Assembly: GCA_035935655.1 (NCBI GenBank)
Contig: DASYWW010000046.1
Span: 90,709 to 154,708 of the forward strand
Length of the DNA: 64,000 nucleotides
Reading direction: 5' to 3'
Origin: Candidatus Bathyarchaeia archaeon
GTDB lineage: Archaea > Thermoproteota > Bathyarchaeia > 40CM-2-53-6
Shown here: one piece after another, positions 29,074 to 39,187 of the stretch
Position numbering within the stretch: position 1 is the stretch's first letter
How the letters are laid out: every line of letters begins with the position of its first letter
Position numbers and translations under genes: made by a program
Notes under the pieces: model-generated
The model's database searches: none
What the model saw: only the letters and a program-made list of their open reading frames with translations
What the model was told of the DNA's origin: nothing

Positions 29074-30372
29074 TTGGTTCTCTCCACGACAATAGGCGTC
29101 ATAGTTATCGGAGTCTTCATCGGCACCTACATTCTCATCCTCTCGGATCGCTTCCACAAGCCCTCTGCAGCCGTTCTAGGCGCAACGTTGATGGTGGGAA
29201 CCGGCGTTCTCACGGAATCGGATCTAGCTTCAGCAATCAACTGGCAGGCGCTCGGAGTATTGCTGGGAATGTTCATCATCGCCTCATCACTCCGCGAAGC
29301 AGGATTCTTCGAATGGGTGGGACTACACCTTGCAAGATCGGTCGATGCTCATCCCCTCCGCATGTACGTCCTTCTCCCACTCATGACCGCCGGAATGGCC
29401 TCCCTCCTTGATATCGTGACGGTCGCACTCTTCATCGTGCCTCTGACGGTAGAAGTGTTTGAAGGCCTGGAGATCGACCCGGTTCCATTCGTCATTGCAG
29501 AGGTTCTCGCCGCAAACATAGGCGGCCTGGCTACCATGGTAGGAGACCCAACAAACGTGATAATCGGCTCTTCTCTCGGATTGACCTTCAACCAGTTTCT
29601 ACAGAACACAGCACCGATAGCTCTTGCCGCAATTGCGGTGAACGGCGCGTTACTCTATCTAAAAAATCGGAATTTTCTCCATCGGGACGCGATGAGACGT
29701 CATCGGCAGAGACCCGTTCTCGATCTGCGGAGCCCCTCAGAAGCTGTGAAGGACCGTGGACTGTTGCGGGTTAGTCTCGTATCCCTATTGCTCGCAGTTA
29801 GCTTTCTTGTCGTCCACAGTTTTCTCGGGGTCTCAGCCGCTCTCGCAACTCTTCTCCCCGCATTTCTCATACTGGTCTACGAATCGTCCCGGTCGAACGA
29901 GGTTCAGCACGTCCTCGCTCGAATAGACTGGCAGATTTTCTTCTTTTTCGGAGGCTTGTTCATTCTCGTAGCCGCCCTCGGAAAAACAGGAGTCCTCTCA
30001 ATGCTAGGGAGCGAGATGATACAGATCTCTGGAGGAAACGTCGCGTTGGCAGTGACCTTGGTTCTCTGGGTAACCGCGCTGATCTCACAGGTTGTAGACA
30101 ACGTGCCATTGGCCACGGTTTTCATACCGGTCATTGCGGTTATGGCTAACACTCCCGGCGTGCCCATCGCGCCACTTGCCTGGGCGCTCGCTGTGGGCAC
30201 TGGGATAGGAGGAATGGCTACGCCTGTGGGTACGGCTTCCAACATTGTCGCGTTGAACATTCTAAACAAGCCTAAACAAAGGTTGAGTTTCGCCCGGTTC
30301 GCGAAGAGATCCATTCCGTTGACAATAATCGATCTAGCTATCGCGAATCTGATTCTTCTGCTGCGTCTCTAA
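29074..30372 (+). CDS. ArsB/NhaD (SLC13-like) ion transporter
   Basis: AANIGGLATMVGDPTN, VDNVP and GGMATPVGTASN. Confidence 0.9.
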   Translation: MVLSTTIGVIVIGVFIGTYILILSDRFHKPSAAVLGATLMVGTGVLTESDLASAINWQALGVLLGMFIIASSLREAGFFEWVGLHLARSVDAHPLRMYVLLPLMTAGMASLLDIVTVALFIVPLTVEVFEGLEIDPVPFVIAEVLAANIGGLATMVGDPTNVIIGSSLGLTFNQFLQNTAPIALAAIAVNGALLYLKNRNFLHRDAMRRHRQRPVLDLRSPSEAVKDRGLLRVSLVSLLLAVSFLVVHSFLGVSAALATLLPAFLILVYESSRSNEVQHVLARIDWQIFFFFGGLFILVAALGKTGVLSMLGSEMIQISGGNVALAVTLVLWVTALISQVVDNVPLATVFIPVIAVMANTPGVPIAPLAWALAVGTGIGGMATPVGTASNIVALNILNKPKQRLSFARFAKRSIPLTIIDLAIANLILLLRL

Positions 30373-30442
30373 GGCAGAGGTTGGGGAGCCTCGGTGTCAG
30401 ATTGATAGATACAGCATTCTTTTCTAGCCCGTCCGGGCTGAA

Positions 30443-31186
30443 TTGTCAAGGTCGCTTAGATACCCTCTCTCTTTCCAGTGGAGAATGATTGTTATGAACC
30501 AAGTGATTCGTCGCGTCAAAGGCTTCTTCCAGCTGGGCGAGAGGGACGCTTTCACCCGGATCGATGAGCTCGCTAGCCTCGGCGAGGAGTCGCTTCATCT
30601 TCTAATCAAGATACTTACTAACTCTCCCAATGGACTCTCGGATATTGAAACATGCACTAACAGGATTAGTCTATTGGAGAAGAAGGGAGACACGATAGTT
30701 CAATCGCTTGAGGAAATGTTCGGGAAGGGATCCATATCGGCGCTTCTAATGAGAGAGTTCGAGAGGTTAGCCGACTCTGTTGACGGTGTTCTCGACAGAG
30801 CTCACGCGTTGTCACGCCAGATCAGAAGGGTGAGCAAGAGGCCGTTGCGGGAGGCCAAAGAATTCGACGCGATCATCCGCAAAGATCAAGTTCGCTTGAT
30901 AGAGATTGGGCTCATGCAGCTTCAGGTGCTACGGAAACTCTTCAACATCGCAGGCTCAGACATGAGGCAATCTCTTGAACTCGCCAAGAAGATTGAACGA
31001 TTGGAAGAACAGGGAGATGATGTTAAGGACAATATGCTCGACGAGATTTATGGATCTTGGGAAGTGCTTGACTACGCTTCCTTCCACAACTACATCGAGA
31101 CCACGATCGAGGCCGATGATATTCTCGACCGTTGCGAGGACGCGTCGGACCTTGTTATCGCGATAATGAAGGGTCTCGGCGCCTAG
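30443..31186 (+). CDS. DUF47/PhoU-like phosphate transport regulator (start probably at an ATG near 30485-30494)
   Basis: LEKKGD...LADSVDGVLD and IERLEEQGD...DDILDRCED repeats; precedes a PiT gene. Confidence 0.85.
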   Translation: MSRSLRYPLSFQWRMIVMNQVIRRVKGFFQLGERDAFTRIDELASLGEESLHLLIKILTNSPNGLSDIETCTNRISLLEKKGDTIVQSLEEMFGKGSISALLMREFERLADSVDGVLDRAHALSRQIRRVSKRPLREAKEFDAIIRKDQVRLIEIGLMQLQVLRKLFNIAGSDMRQSLELAKKIERLEEQGDDVKDNMLDEIYGSWEVLDYASFHNYIETTIEADDILDRCEDASDLVIAIMKGLGA

Positions 31187-31197
31187 GAAGCCCAATA

Positions 31198-32124
31198 TTG
31201 AACCTTTCCCTTGACGCTCTTTCCCTTGTTTTAGCGGGGCTTTTGGGAGCCGTCGTAAGCGGAAACAATCTCTCAGCATGCTGTGGGACGATTATCGGTA
31301 GTAGAATGGTCAACAAACGCTCGGGAATCATGATCGCCCTTGCAGGATATCTACTGGGATTGTTGGTCGAGGGTCCCAAGCTCTTTCGAGTCAGGCAAAC
31401 CTTTCTTCCAGCCGAAACTAGCACGGAAATTTTCTCGATACTCCTAGCTACACTGCTAATTTTCATCGGAGGAGAACTGTCCAAGATCCCTCTATCTCTT
31501 TCAAAATCGCTAACCGGGACAATCTTGGGTGTGAGTTTCGCTGTCCGCGCGCTACATCAGACCGATTATCTGGTTCTCATTCTCCTCTTCTGGATAAGCG
31601 CGCCAATAGTAGCGACAGGTCTCGGACTGCTCTTCGTCCGACTCGACGACCGATATAGCGTACGAAACCTATGGCTGAAACTCTCACTACTGAAGGCCGG
31701 GTTGATCGTGATGGCCTTTCTCTCCGCATACGTCACCGGCAGCAACGCTCTAGGACTTATCGCCGGCGTGCCCTCCAACCAGTCTCAGGTTGCAACTGTG
31801 GTGGTCGGGACTGGAAGCGTTCTTGGAGTGTTTGCTCTCGGTAGAGGCGCTCTAAGAAGACTGACGGAGGGAATCTACAACCTCCGGTACCCTAACGCGT
31901 TCTATTCCCAGCTACTGGGCGCCGGAACAGTTGAATTGGCGAACCAGCTTGGAGTTCCATTATCCACCACTGAAACAGTCTCCTCGGGAATCATAGGGTC
32001 CGGCTTGGCCAGCAAGATGCGGGTCATGAACGCCAGAAACGTCTTCCTCATCATTGCAAGCTGGGCTATCTCGCCAGCTCTAGGATTTGCTCTCGGATAT
32101 GGGTTAACTCTGATTATCGGGTAA
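31198..32124 (+). CDS. PiT-family inorganic phosphate transporter
   Basis: SGNNLS, GSNALG and GVPLSTT...GIIGSG; TTG start at 31198. Confidence 0.85.
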   Translation: MNLSLDALSLVLAGLLGAVVSGNNLSACCGTIIGSRMVNKRSGIMIALAGYLLGLLVEGPKLFRVRQTFLPAETSTEIFSILLATLLIFIGGELSKIPLSLSKSLTGTILGVSFAVRALHQTDYLVLILLFWISAPIVATGLGLLFVRLDDRYSVRNLWLKLSLLKAGLIVMAFLSAYVTGSNALGLIAGVPSNQSQVATVVVGTGSVLGVFALGRGALRRLTEGIYNLRYPNAFYSQLLGAGTVELANQLGVPLSTTETVSSGIIGSGLASKMRVMNARNVFLIIASWAISPALGFALGYGLTLIIG

Positions 32125-32291
32125 CTCGGGAAATAGGGGTCCCCATGATGGGTCCGGGCAGCTCTGCCAATATTTGGGAAAAACCTCCAGACATTATCGA
32201 ATAGAAGCTGAGGGTGTGAAGCCCAAAGTTTCGCCGAGGATCGTTGGTCCGCGCTAGCTTTTATTTTGAGAGTAATTTCACGAGAAGAATC

Positions 32292-33191
32292 TTGGACCTT
32301 CCTTCGCATCTCTCGTTCGGATTGGCCATTGGAGCGGTCTTTTTCGGGAACAATCCTGAGATCGTGTTATTGATCGGTCTCGGAACGTTGATCCCTGATC
32401 TTGACAGGGAATACTGGTACGTCAGACAGCAAGTCTACGCCGAAGAGCAGTATCACCGCGCAAGATTCCACAACGTATTCATGATACTCATCGGTTACTT
32501 GGTAAACCCATTCTTCTCCCTGGGGATCTTTCTCCACATGCTTCAAGACTCCTTCACAACCGCGAAGGACAGGGGCGTCGAATGGTTCTACCCTCTAACG
32601 AGACTCGTGAAACGAGGAATGTACGACCAGACCATGAGCCAGAGTACGCCCGACCCGAACGTAAGAGTCTACTTCTATCAGGAGGATGTACTCGGATACG
32701 TCAACGCCGCGGACCCGGACCTAAGGGAGGGAAGCCAGCCTGTTCCCTGGAGACGAGTCTACGGATTCGCCCAGAATAGTCATCTTCTGGATCGTGGATT
32801 CCTAGTAGGTTCTCTAGCAGTCATTGCAATCTGGCTGGCGTACCCGTTTGGACTTGCCCATGCGCACCCGTTTGCAGAACTCATTGAATCCAACCCAGTC
32901 TGGGCGGTCGGCTACTCGGCGATTGCGATGCTGTTCGCAGCGGGGGAAACGCAAAGGAGAGACAAGCTTCCAAAGCTGCCGCAGTTAAAACCGTTTCAGG
33001 TTCCATTGTTTGTGGTCGGCATCGCTCTTCTCGCGGGTTGGTTCGTATTGTTCCGGTTGGAAATCCTGGCGAACTTGCAGAATATTCTCGCCGATCCGAT
33101 TCCCTTGCTTGAAGGCGTGGTTGCAATCCCCGTTATCTCATACATCCTCGTTCGATATTACACTCGAGGCGGTAGGAAGGCTATCGTTTAG
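32292..33191 (+). CDS. membrane-bound metal-dependent hydrolase (YdjM-like)
   Basis: MDLPSH, IPDLD, HRARFH, HMLQDSFT and GVEWFYP. Confidence 0.8.
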   Translation: MDLPSHLSFGLAIGAVFFGNNPEIVLLIGLGTLIPDLDREYWYVRQQVYAEEQYHRARFHNVFMILIGYLVNPFFSLGIFLHMLQDSFTTAKDRGVEWFYPLTRLVKRGMYDQTMSQSTPDPNVRVYFYQEDVLGYVNAADPDLREGSQPVPWRRVYGFAQNSHLLDRGFLVGSLAVIAIWLAYPFGLAHAHPFAELIESNPVWAVGYSAIAMLFAAGETQRRDKLPKLPQLKPFQVPLFVVGIALLAGWFVLFRLEILANLQNILADPIPLLEGVVAIPVISYILVRYYTRGGRKAIV

Positions 33192-33816
33192 CAGATTTTC
33201 GCCTCGAACTCACCAACTAACGAAGTAATCGGTTTGCACCGCAGATGTTATGAATGAGATTGGAATAATGCGCCGTTTGGAGCAATGGAGCCGTTAGTAG
33301 CTCCAACCGCTGAGCCTCGAGGTTCTTCAGAAATTGGGAACGAGTTATTTTTCATGAGACTCCTCCTTCACCACACGACGGATTCAGTCTCGCAGGCGGG
33401 AGCGACCCTGATTGAAACAGAACTTTTCGGAGTCGACAACCGAGTAGAGGGATTCAGCTTCCCCTCCAGACCTGCTGTTTCTCGGGTTCCTTAGTCTCGA
33501 GGCCAACTCGAAGGCCCTTGGGCACTGTGCTTCCACGCAAGACTGCAGTGGTGACTGGGCAGGAGAACCCGAATCTTGGACAAGAGGTTCGGTATCGCCT
33601 ATACCGAAAATGCATGGTATACTAGTTTCTTGCCGAGGAACTCGCTCACAACAGGGAGTCTGGTTCTCGTTCGGCAGTGCGAGCAGACCGTTCGGCTCGG
33701 GCCATAATCATCGCGCCCGAGGTCGTGAAGGAATGTTGAGATTGAGAACAAGAAATGGTATCGTTAGATCCGCACCCGGAGCACAGCGTTGCCGGGTTCA
33801 AACCTGAAGGAGAACG

Positions 33817-35193
33817 TTGAGATTGAGAACTCTATTACTAGTCGCATTGCTAGTCATTGGGATGATTGCAGTGCCTGCTCTTCCGCGGGCACATGCAGCG
33901 TCAGGAACCTACTTCGACAGTGTCGTTGTCGTAGCGATGGAGAACCAGAATTATGCAGATGTTATGGGTACCGGAGCTGGAAGCTCGAATGCTCCATTTA
34001 TTGCAACCCTGTTGGCCGCTGGAGCGACGATTCCTCTTTACCATGGTTACGGTGCCTCCGGGAGGACTATTGGAGGATGTTCAGCTGGCTGCTATACGGC
34101 GTTGATTTCCGGATCTGACCAGGGAATCTCTGACGGGTACTCTTGCTGTATCAACGCTCCCACCCTCATGGATCGAATGGCCTCGGGAGGTCTGAAATGG
34201 CAGGCGTTCTGCGAGGACGGATGTCCGAGAGGAAACGACCACTTCCCCTTCACAGGATTTTCCAGCATTCACACGAGTTCCAACATTCACGGGAGCACTG
34301 GTCCGCTCGATCCCGAGTATGTGGCAGCGTTGAACTCCGGATCGCCTGCCAATTTCATCTGGCTGACTCCAACGGATGGCCACAACATGCACGACAACTC
34401 CATCCAGACCGGAGACTCATATCTCCACGACCTCCTCGTCGGATCGTCAGGATCTTTGGCGAGTCCAGCTTCAGGATCGGTTCTGGCCAGCACTCTCTTT
34501 GCGCCCGGGTACAGGACTATGCTGATGCTCTGGTGGGACGAGTACGACCCAGCTCCGATCATGTTCTACAGTCCAGGAATTGTCAAGCAGGGTTACGTTT
34601 CCTCTAGCGACGTGTATGACGAGTTCTCGATTCTCCATCTGATGGAGAACAACTTCGGTCTGTCAACTCTGGCCGCGAACGATGCCGCTGCAGCGCCGAT
34701 GACCGAAATCTTTGGAATGTCTAATCCGTCGGACCTGACAACGAGCTTCACACTCTCTCCCTCAATCCCTGTCGTGAACTCACCTGTAACGTTCACGGCA
34801 ACAATCCTGGGAGGAATGGGCCCCTACACTATAAGCTGGGATTTCGGTGATGGTAATACCGCCACTGGAGCCTCAGTCACCCATACCTACGCTGGTGTTC
34901 AGTCGTACATAGTGACTGAGACCGTTCAAGACTCGTCTACTCCACCGAAAACCTCTACCAGCTCTCAAACAGTCAATGACAAAGCGGCTTCTGGAAGCTC
35001 AGGCGGAGGATCAGGAGGAGGTCCCAGCGGAGGCTGCTTCCTCTGTGGGACGTTCTCTGCGATCTCTACCAGCATGTGGCTGCTTGTTATCGGTGGGCTT
35101 TTGGGGTTGATTGGCTCGCTTGTTCTGCTCACGGTTAGGGCGCGGGCGAATCTGGCGCGGACGAAGCGACGGATGAATCACACGCATCGCTAA
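33817..35193 (+). CDS. secreted phosphoesterase/acid phosphatase-family protein with a PKD domain and C-terminal membrane anchor
   Basis: signal peptide, VVVVAMEN, HNMHD, WWDE, PKD motif ISWDFGDG, Gly/Ser linker, TM helix and basic tail. Confidence 0.85.
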   Translation: MRLRTLLLVALLVIGMIAVPALPRAHAASGTYFDSVVVVAMENQNYADVMGTGAGSSNAPFIATLLAAGATIPLYHGYGASGRTIGGCSAGCYTALISGSDQGISDGYSCCINAPTLMDRMASGGLKWQAFCEDGCPRGNDHFPFTGFSSIHTSSNIHGSTGPLDPEYVAALNSGSPANFIWLTPTDGHNMHDNSIQTGDSYLHDLLVGSSGSLASPASGSVLASTLFAPGYRTMLMLWWDEYDPAPIMFYSPGIVKQGYVSSSDVYDEFSILHLMENNFGLSTLAANDAAAAPMTEIFGMSNPSDLTTSFTLSPSIPVVNSPVTFTATILGGMGPYTISWDFGDGNTATGASVTHTYAGVQSYIVTETVQDSSTPPKTSTSSQTVNDKAASGSSGGGSGGGPSGGCFLCGTFSAISTSMWLLVIGGLLGLIGSLVLLTVRARANLARTKRRMNHTHR

Positions 35194-35196
35194 TCA

Positions 35197-35571
35197 CTAG
35201 CGGGGCTTCGCGAGCCGTTTTTCCCTTAGGGACAGGAAGATAGTCACGAGGCCGATGAGAGTTCCAGGCAAAGCGTAGAACAGCGTGATGATAGATATCG
35301 CGATAGCACGCTCGTATCTTGTGCTGGATCCGAGCAAGACGATAGCTCCGTTGACGATCCAAAGTATGCCGAGGAAGACGAACGGGAGGGCCGTATCTGA
35401 TGTTCGTATTCCTATGGTGGAGACGGTTGTGGCCCAGGGTCCTAGTCCGATCGTCTGTTCTCCGGTGTAGTATCCTGTGACCAGTTTTCGTGTGGCGTCG
35501 AAGATGAGCCAGGATCCGAGGATGAAGCTGAGAACGGAGATAGTTGTGGTGGCGAGGCTGGGTCTCTGCAC
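35197..35571 (-). CDS. small membrane protein
   Basis: several hydrophobic segments. Confidence 0.7.
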   Translation of the reverse strand: MQRPSLATTTISVLSFILGSWLIFDATRKLVTGYYTGEQTIGLGPWATTVSTIGIRTSDTALPFVFLGILWIVNGAIVLLGSSTRYERAIAISIITLFYALPGTLIGLVTIFLSLREKRLAKPR

Positions 35572-35618
35572 GTCGTCTCTTCTCGTCGTGTCTCTTATTT
35601 AGCCGATAATCTTCTCTC

Positions 35619-35933
35619 TTGTCTATGTCTGATTCGGGTCCTGTGCTTTCTGATATGGAGGAGGGCGGGGACGGTATGGCGAAGTATGCGCGTATGGTCT
35701 TGGAGTTCATCAAGAAGGACGTTTTCGAGGACCGGAAGCAGGTGTCGGTGGAGGAGGTTGTGACGCTGATTGCGGCGTTGACGGATATCTCTGTTAGTCT
35801 ATTGTCCCGGTTCCGGAAGGACCTGGTTGACTCGGAGAAGGCGACGGAGGTTGGAAGGGACGTTTTCAAGTACATGGTCGGACGACTGGGCTTCGATCTT
35901 GACAAGCTGGGCAGGTCCAACATCTACGTGTAG
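35619..35933 (+). CDS. hypothetical helical protein
   Basis: 104-aa ORF divergent from the 35197-35571 gene. Confidence 0.6.
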   Translation: MSMSDSGPVLSDMEEGGDGMAKYARMVLEFIKKDVFEDRKQVSVEEVVTLIAALTDISVSLLSRFRKDLVDSEKATEVGRDVFKYMVGRLGFDLDKLGRSNIYV

Positions 35934-35935
35934 AC

Positions 35936-36270
35936 TCATCTCTGGCGCGAGACTCGACTAGGCCTCGAGGGCCGAGAAAAATTCGCTATTACCCACCTGG
36001 ACAGCATTGTTGGGTCCTTGAATACGGGGACCTTTTGTTTTTCTTGGTAATGCGGATTTGGGTTATAGCGTCTATCGATTTCTATGCGGAGGATTAGTAT
36101 TAGTTCCTCGACCTTCATTGGAATAGATTCTTTCTTCTCCCAGGTGTCGAAGACCTCGAGGACTTCTCTCGCAAACCCTGGAGCCAGCCCGATGTATTCC
36201 GGACCCAAAGATATCCGATCGTCAATATCTGATGGAAGAACATAGATAGGTCAGCTAGCTGAAACTACCG
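35936..36270 (-). pseudogene. unknown-family gene or remnant, paralogous to 53790-54060
   Basis: IGLAPGFAREV...PMK...LRI...QEK.K.PV; similarity continues upstream (PIYVLP) across an in-frame TGA. Confidence 0.55.
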
Positions 36271-36332
36271 TAGCCCAATCGTACCGACCACGGCAGTAGA
36301 GTTAGCAAATGATCTGATGCACAGTTGCTCAT

Positions 36333-36663
36333 ATGTAGAAGATCACGCCATTCTTCTGGTTCGACGACAAGGCAGAGGAGGCGCGAAATTCTTACACTTC
36401 CGTTTTCAAGAATTCAAAGATTGGAAAGATTAGTCTGCTATGGAAAAGAGGGGTATTGAGATCCATCGGAGGCCGGCGGGAAGGTGATGACTGTGGAAGT
36501 CCAAATCGAGGGACAAGATTTCATCGCATTAAACGGTGGACCCCAATTCAAGTTCACCGTAGCCATATCGTTCTCGGTGGACTGCAAAACACAGGAGGAA
36601 GTGGACAGGCTTTGGCAGAAGCTTACCGACGGCGGAGAAGAAGGAGCGTGCGGCTGGCTCAAA
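36333..36663 (+). pseudogene. VOC/PhnB-like (3-demethylubiquinone methyltransferase family) pseudogene
   Basis: M*KITPFFWFDDKAEEA...FIALNGGPQFKF...CGWLK; nonsense at codon 2, several frameshifts, 3'-truncated. Confidence 0.88.
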
Positions 36664-36689
36664 CCAGGGAACCCAAGTAGTTGCGAGTC

Positions 36690-37172
36690 TCACTTTTTCT
36701 TGAGCCAATCTTCGTACTGGACCACTGGTTTCCCTTCAAGGTAGGCTTTCAGATTGAAAAGCGCCCAGCTCCAGCCGGACACGTTGGAAGAGTAGTGTTC
36801 GAAATCCTTCCTCTTGCTAAAACCGTGATGTAATAGTGAAACGGTTGTTCCTTCCCGGTTTCTGGTGAGGACTATTTCCACTATGGTTCCCGGTGCATGA
36901 TCCGGGTTGTCCCATGTGAACCGGAGGCGTTTGTTGGGCACAATCTCGAGAAATCTTCCAGCATCCTTGTCCTTATTGGTGTAGCTTCCTCCGACGCGGA
37001 GGTCGACCTTGGACCCTGTTGTGAACCACGTGTCCAGCTTTGCGGGCTTTGTCAGGGCGGCGAAAACTCCTGACGGGACAGCGCGAATAGAAATCTCCTT
37101 AATGGCGATTCCACCGCTCACCAGGCTCTTGACCGATCGGCTAGAACTGGGTCTCGGTTTCAACCGCAACAC
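36690..37172 (-). CDS. SRPBCC/AHSA1-domain protein
   Basis: VFAALT...WF, DLRVGG, EIVPNKRLRFTW and GWSWALFNLKAYLE. Confidence 0.88.
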   Translation of the reverse strand: MLRLKPRPSSSRSVKSLVSGGIAIKEISIRAVPSGVFAALTKPAKLDTWFTTGSKVDLRVGGSYTNKDKDAGRFLEIVPNKRLRFTWDNPDHAPGTIVEIVLTRNREGTTVSLLHHGFSKRKDFEHYSSNVSGWSWALFNLKAYLEGKPVVQYEDWLKKK

Positions 37173-37192
37173 CCCAGTGTGTCAGCTGGGTC

Positions 37193-37474
37193 CTAGACGG
37201 GGGTTAAGCGGTGGCCCCTGATTGGGGCTTTCTCCCCCGCGTCAAAATCATCCTTCTCTGTCACCTTCATCAAGGCAGGCCTAGCAGCCAGAAATGATTC
37301 TTTCGAGGACCATATGGCCATTCCAATAAGCTCGCCAGTGTTCTCATCTTTCAGCGTGTGTACGCTGACAAGGCCAGGCTGTTTCTTCGCTATCTCACCA
37401 TATCGATGCATAGAATCGATCACTAGCTTTTCTTTGTCCGGATGTGGGCTGTGGATGGAAATACTAACGTACAA
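37193..37474 (-). CDS. antibiotic biosynthesis monooxygenase (ABM)-like protein
   Basis: KQPGLVS...WSSKESF dimeric alpha-beta barrel pattern. Confidence 0.75.
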   Translation of the reverse strand: MYVSISIHSPHPDKEKLVIDSMHRYGEIAKKQPGLVSVHTLKDENTGELIGMAIWSSKESFLAARPALMKVTEKDDFDAGEKAPIRGHRLTPV

Positions 37475-37548
37475 ACCGATTCGCGCCTCCCTTCTGGTCG
37501 TGTCTATTAGGTTGCAGTCATTGCAAGGTCAGGAATTTCGGGGGTCCG

Positions 37549-38211
37549 CTAGCCCTCCCAGGGAGGAAGGTTTAGCGCGCGTTCAAAGGCGGCGCGGTTG
37601 TGCACCGGCTCATGGTCAGCGTGAGAAATGATTACTTTCTCGAATGGAACCTTGAGTAACTCTCGCATTGCTGGCAGTGCTCGCTTTTCATGCCACGGTG
37701 AACCCCAGATCCTGAGATCGCCACCTCGCTCAGTTAGCCCATCTCCAAAGACTATCGCTCGCTGCTCAGGCAGCAAAAGAGGTGTCTCAAGCCGCCCTCT
37801 TCCATCATAGAGAGCAACAAAGCCTCCAGGAAGCACCTGGTCCGATTCGATCATCGTCAGCGGCGTCTTTGGGACGTCGTCAGGCCAGAACAGCCTCGGA
37901 CCGAAGCCGCGGGCTCCATAGCGACGGACGAATTCGTCAATGTCGCGCACGTGGTCAGGAATTATCGCTGCAGCCATCGTTGGCGGCCGGCTGTCTAGAC
38001 GTTTCCACAGTTCTTCAGCTGCCGCTTTCGGAACAAGCGGGTCAATCACCAGTCTCTCCCCTCCAGATTCGACATAGGTCGAGGTGACAATTGGTTGCCA
38101 GTCGTCGCCGGGCTTCCAGTGATGGTGCTCTGCACGCCAGATCCACAAGCCAGGTGCTAGATCGCGAATCTCGACCTTACTGGTTACAGATTGCATAACG
38201 TGCTTCCCCAT
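37549..38211 (-). CDS. divergent MBL-fold protein
   Basis: LVIDP, DHVRD, VFGDGL and VIISH. Confidence 0.7.
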   Translation of the reverse strand: MGKHVMQSVTSKVEIRDLAPGLWIWRAEHHHWKPGDDWQPIVTSTYVESGGERLVIDPLVPKAAAEELWKRLDSRPPTMAAAIIPDHVRDIDEFVRRYGARGFGPRLFWPDDVPKTPLTMIESDQVLPGGFVALYDGRGRLETPLLLPEQRAIVFGDGLTERGGDLRIWGSPWHEKRALPAMRELLKVPFEKVIISHADHEPVHNRAAFERALNLPPWEG

Positions 38212-38258
38212 GTGTCCCTCGTCGAGTTAAGAGTTGCTGAAGAGATGACGTTGGGGAG

Positions 38259-38657
38259 CTAAGAGCTGGGAGAGACTGGTCCTTTCCCAAAGAATTTCTT
38301 CGGCCCGACCCGGGTAAGGTACAGTGGGATGACTATTCCGGCCACTATTCTGATGACTCCGCCGACTCCTCCGATAGTACCCCCATAGACTATCTCTAGG
38401 ATTCCGAGCAGAATCGAGACGATGTAGATCGCGATTCCTCCCATCCAGGCCCAGCGTGCTCCAGTGTAGAACCCGACGCCGAGTGCGAGGCCTAGGATGC
38501 CGAAGATTGCTACTACGACTGCCAGCCAGCTGGGACCTGTGGCGTTGCCGGAAAAGACGGACGCGGCTCCGAACAATGACAGCAAGCCGCCTGCGGCAGC
38601 GATTAGCGCGATTGCGATGACTCCGGCTGGCTTTTTCGGCTTCGGTTGAGGTTGCAT
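38259..38657 (-). CDS. small multi-TM membrane protein
   Basis: KKPAGVIAIA...GARWAW...YLTR...FF. Confidence 0.75.
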   Translation of the reverse strand: MQPQPKPKKPAGVIAIALIAAAGGLLSLFGAASVFSGNATGPSWLAVVVAIFGILGLALGVGFYTGARWAWMGGIAIYIVSILLGILEIVYGGTIGGVGGVIRIVAGIVIPLYLTRVGPKKFFGKGPVSPSS

Positions 38658-38746
38658 GGTTTTCGAATCTCTCTCATCTGGGTCCGATAAGAGTGTTCGG
38701 GTCGGGTTTCATGCTCTGAAAGAGCGAGTGCAATGTAGTTGGTCGC

Positions 38747-39187
38747 TTATTTCGAGCGGGCGGCGGCTGCTTTGGCTGCGAGTGCTGCGAACTCTGTTCG
38801 GCCGTAGGCTGTGCCTGAGAGTCCCCAGCCGCCTTCTGCTGCCTCGGTGAGTATTACCCAGGTGCGGCTTGCTTGGGTCGGGTCGCCGGAGATCCTGGTG
38901 ATGATGTCGGTGATTTCCTTGACGAGTTGTTTCTGGCCGTCGCGTGTTAGTGCTGCTGGTGGGGTGATGACTTGGACGCGGACGGTGCGGGCGGAGTCTG
39001 TTGCTGCGGTGTGTACGGCGTGCGGGTCTAGTCGGTGGATGAAGGCGGCGGTGTTGTTCAGGTGGAATGGGCCGGGGGTTGCGACGCCTTCGGCGCGGAG
39101 AACGGCCATGGTGAGTTCTTTGCCGAGTCGACTGTCGGTGCCGGCTGGGAAGAGGTCGCTTGGTGCGTAAACATCAATCATTGGCAT
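38747..39187 (-). CDS. tautomerase-superfamily protein
   Basis: N-terminal Pro1 (MPMIDV) and TWVILTEAAEGGWG. Confidence 0.85.
   Translation of the reverse strand: MPMIDVYAPSDLFPAGTDSRLGKELTMAVLRAEGVATPGPFHLNNTAAFIHRLDPHAVHTAATDSARTVRVQVITPPAALTRDGQKQLVKEITDIITRISGDPTQASRTWVILTEAAEGGWGLSGTAYGRTEFAALAAKAAAARSK

Noticed and set aside
33285..33494. 69-aa ORF and the nearby hairpin TTCGGTAT-N5-ATACCGAA (33588-33608)
   Set aside because: The ORF has no motif or clear start signal, and a single 8-bp stem is not enough to call a feature.
33660..33720. Possible extra copies of the ~190-bp element (TCGTTCGG...ATCGCGCCC here; GGAAATAGGGGTC near 32129; AACGATTCC near 39371)
   Set aside because: Only one or two short blocks match at each site; this needs an HMM search and cannot be supported by eye.
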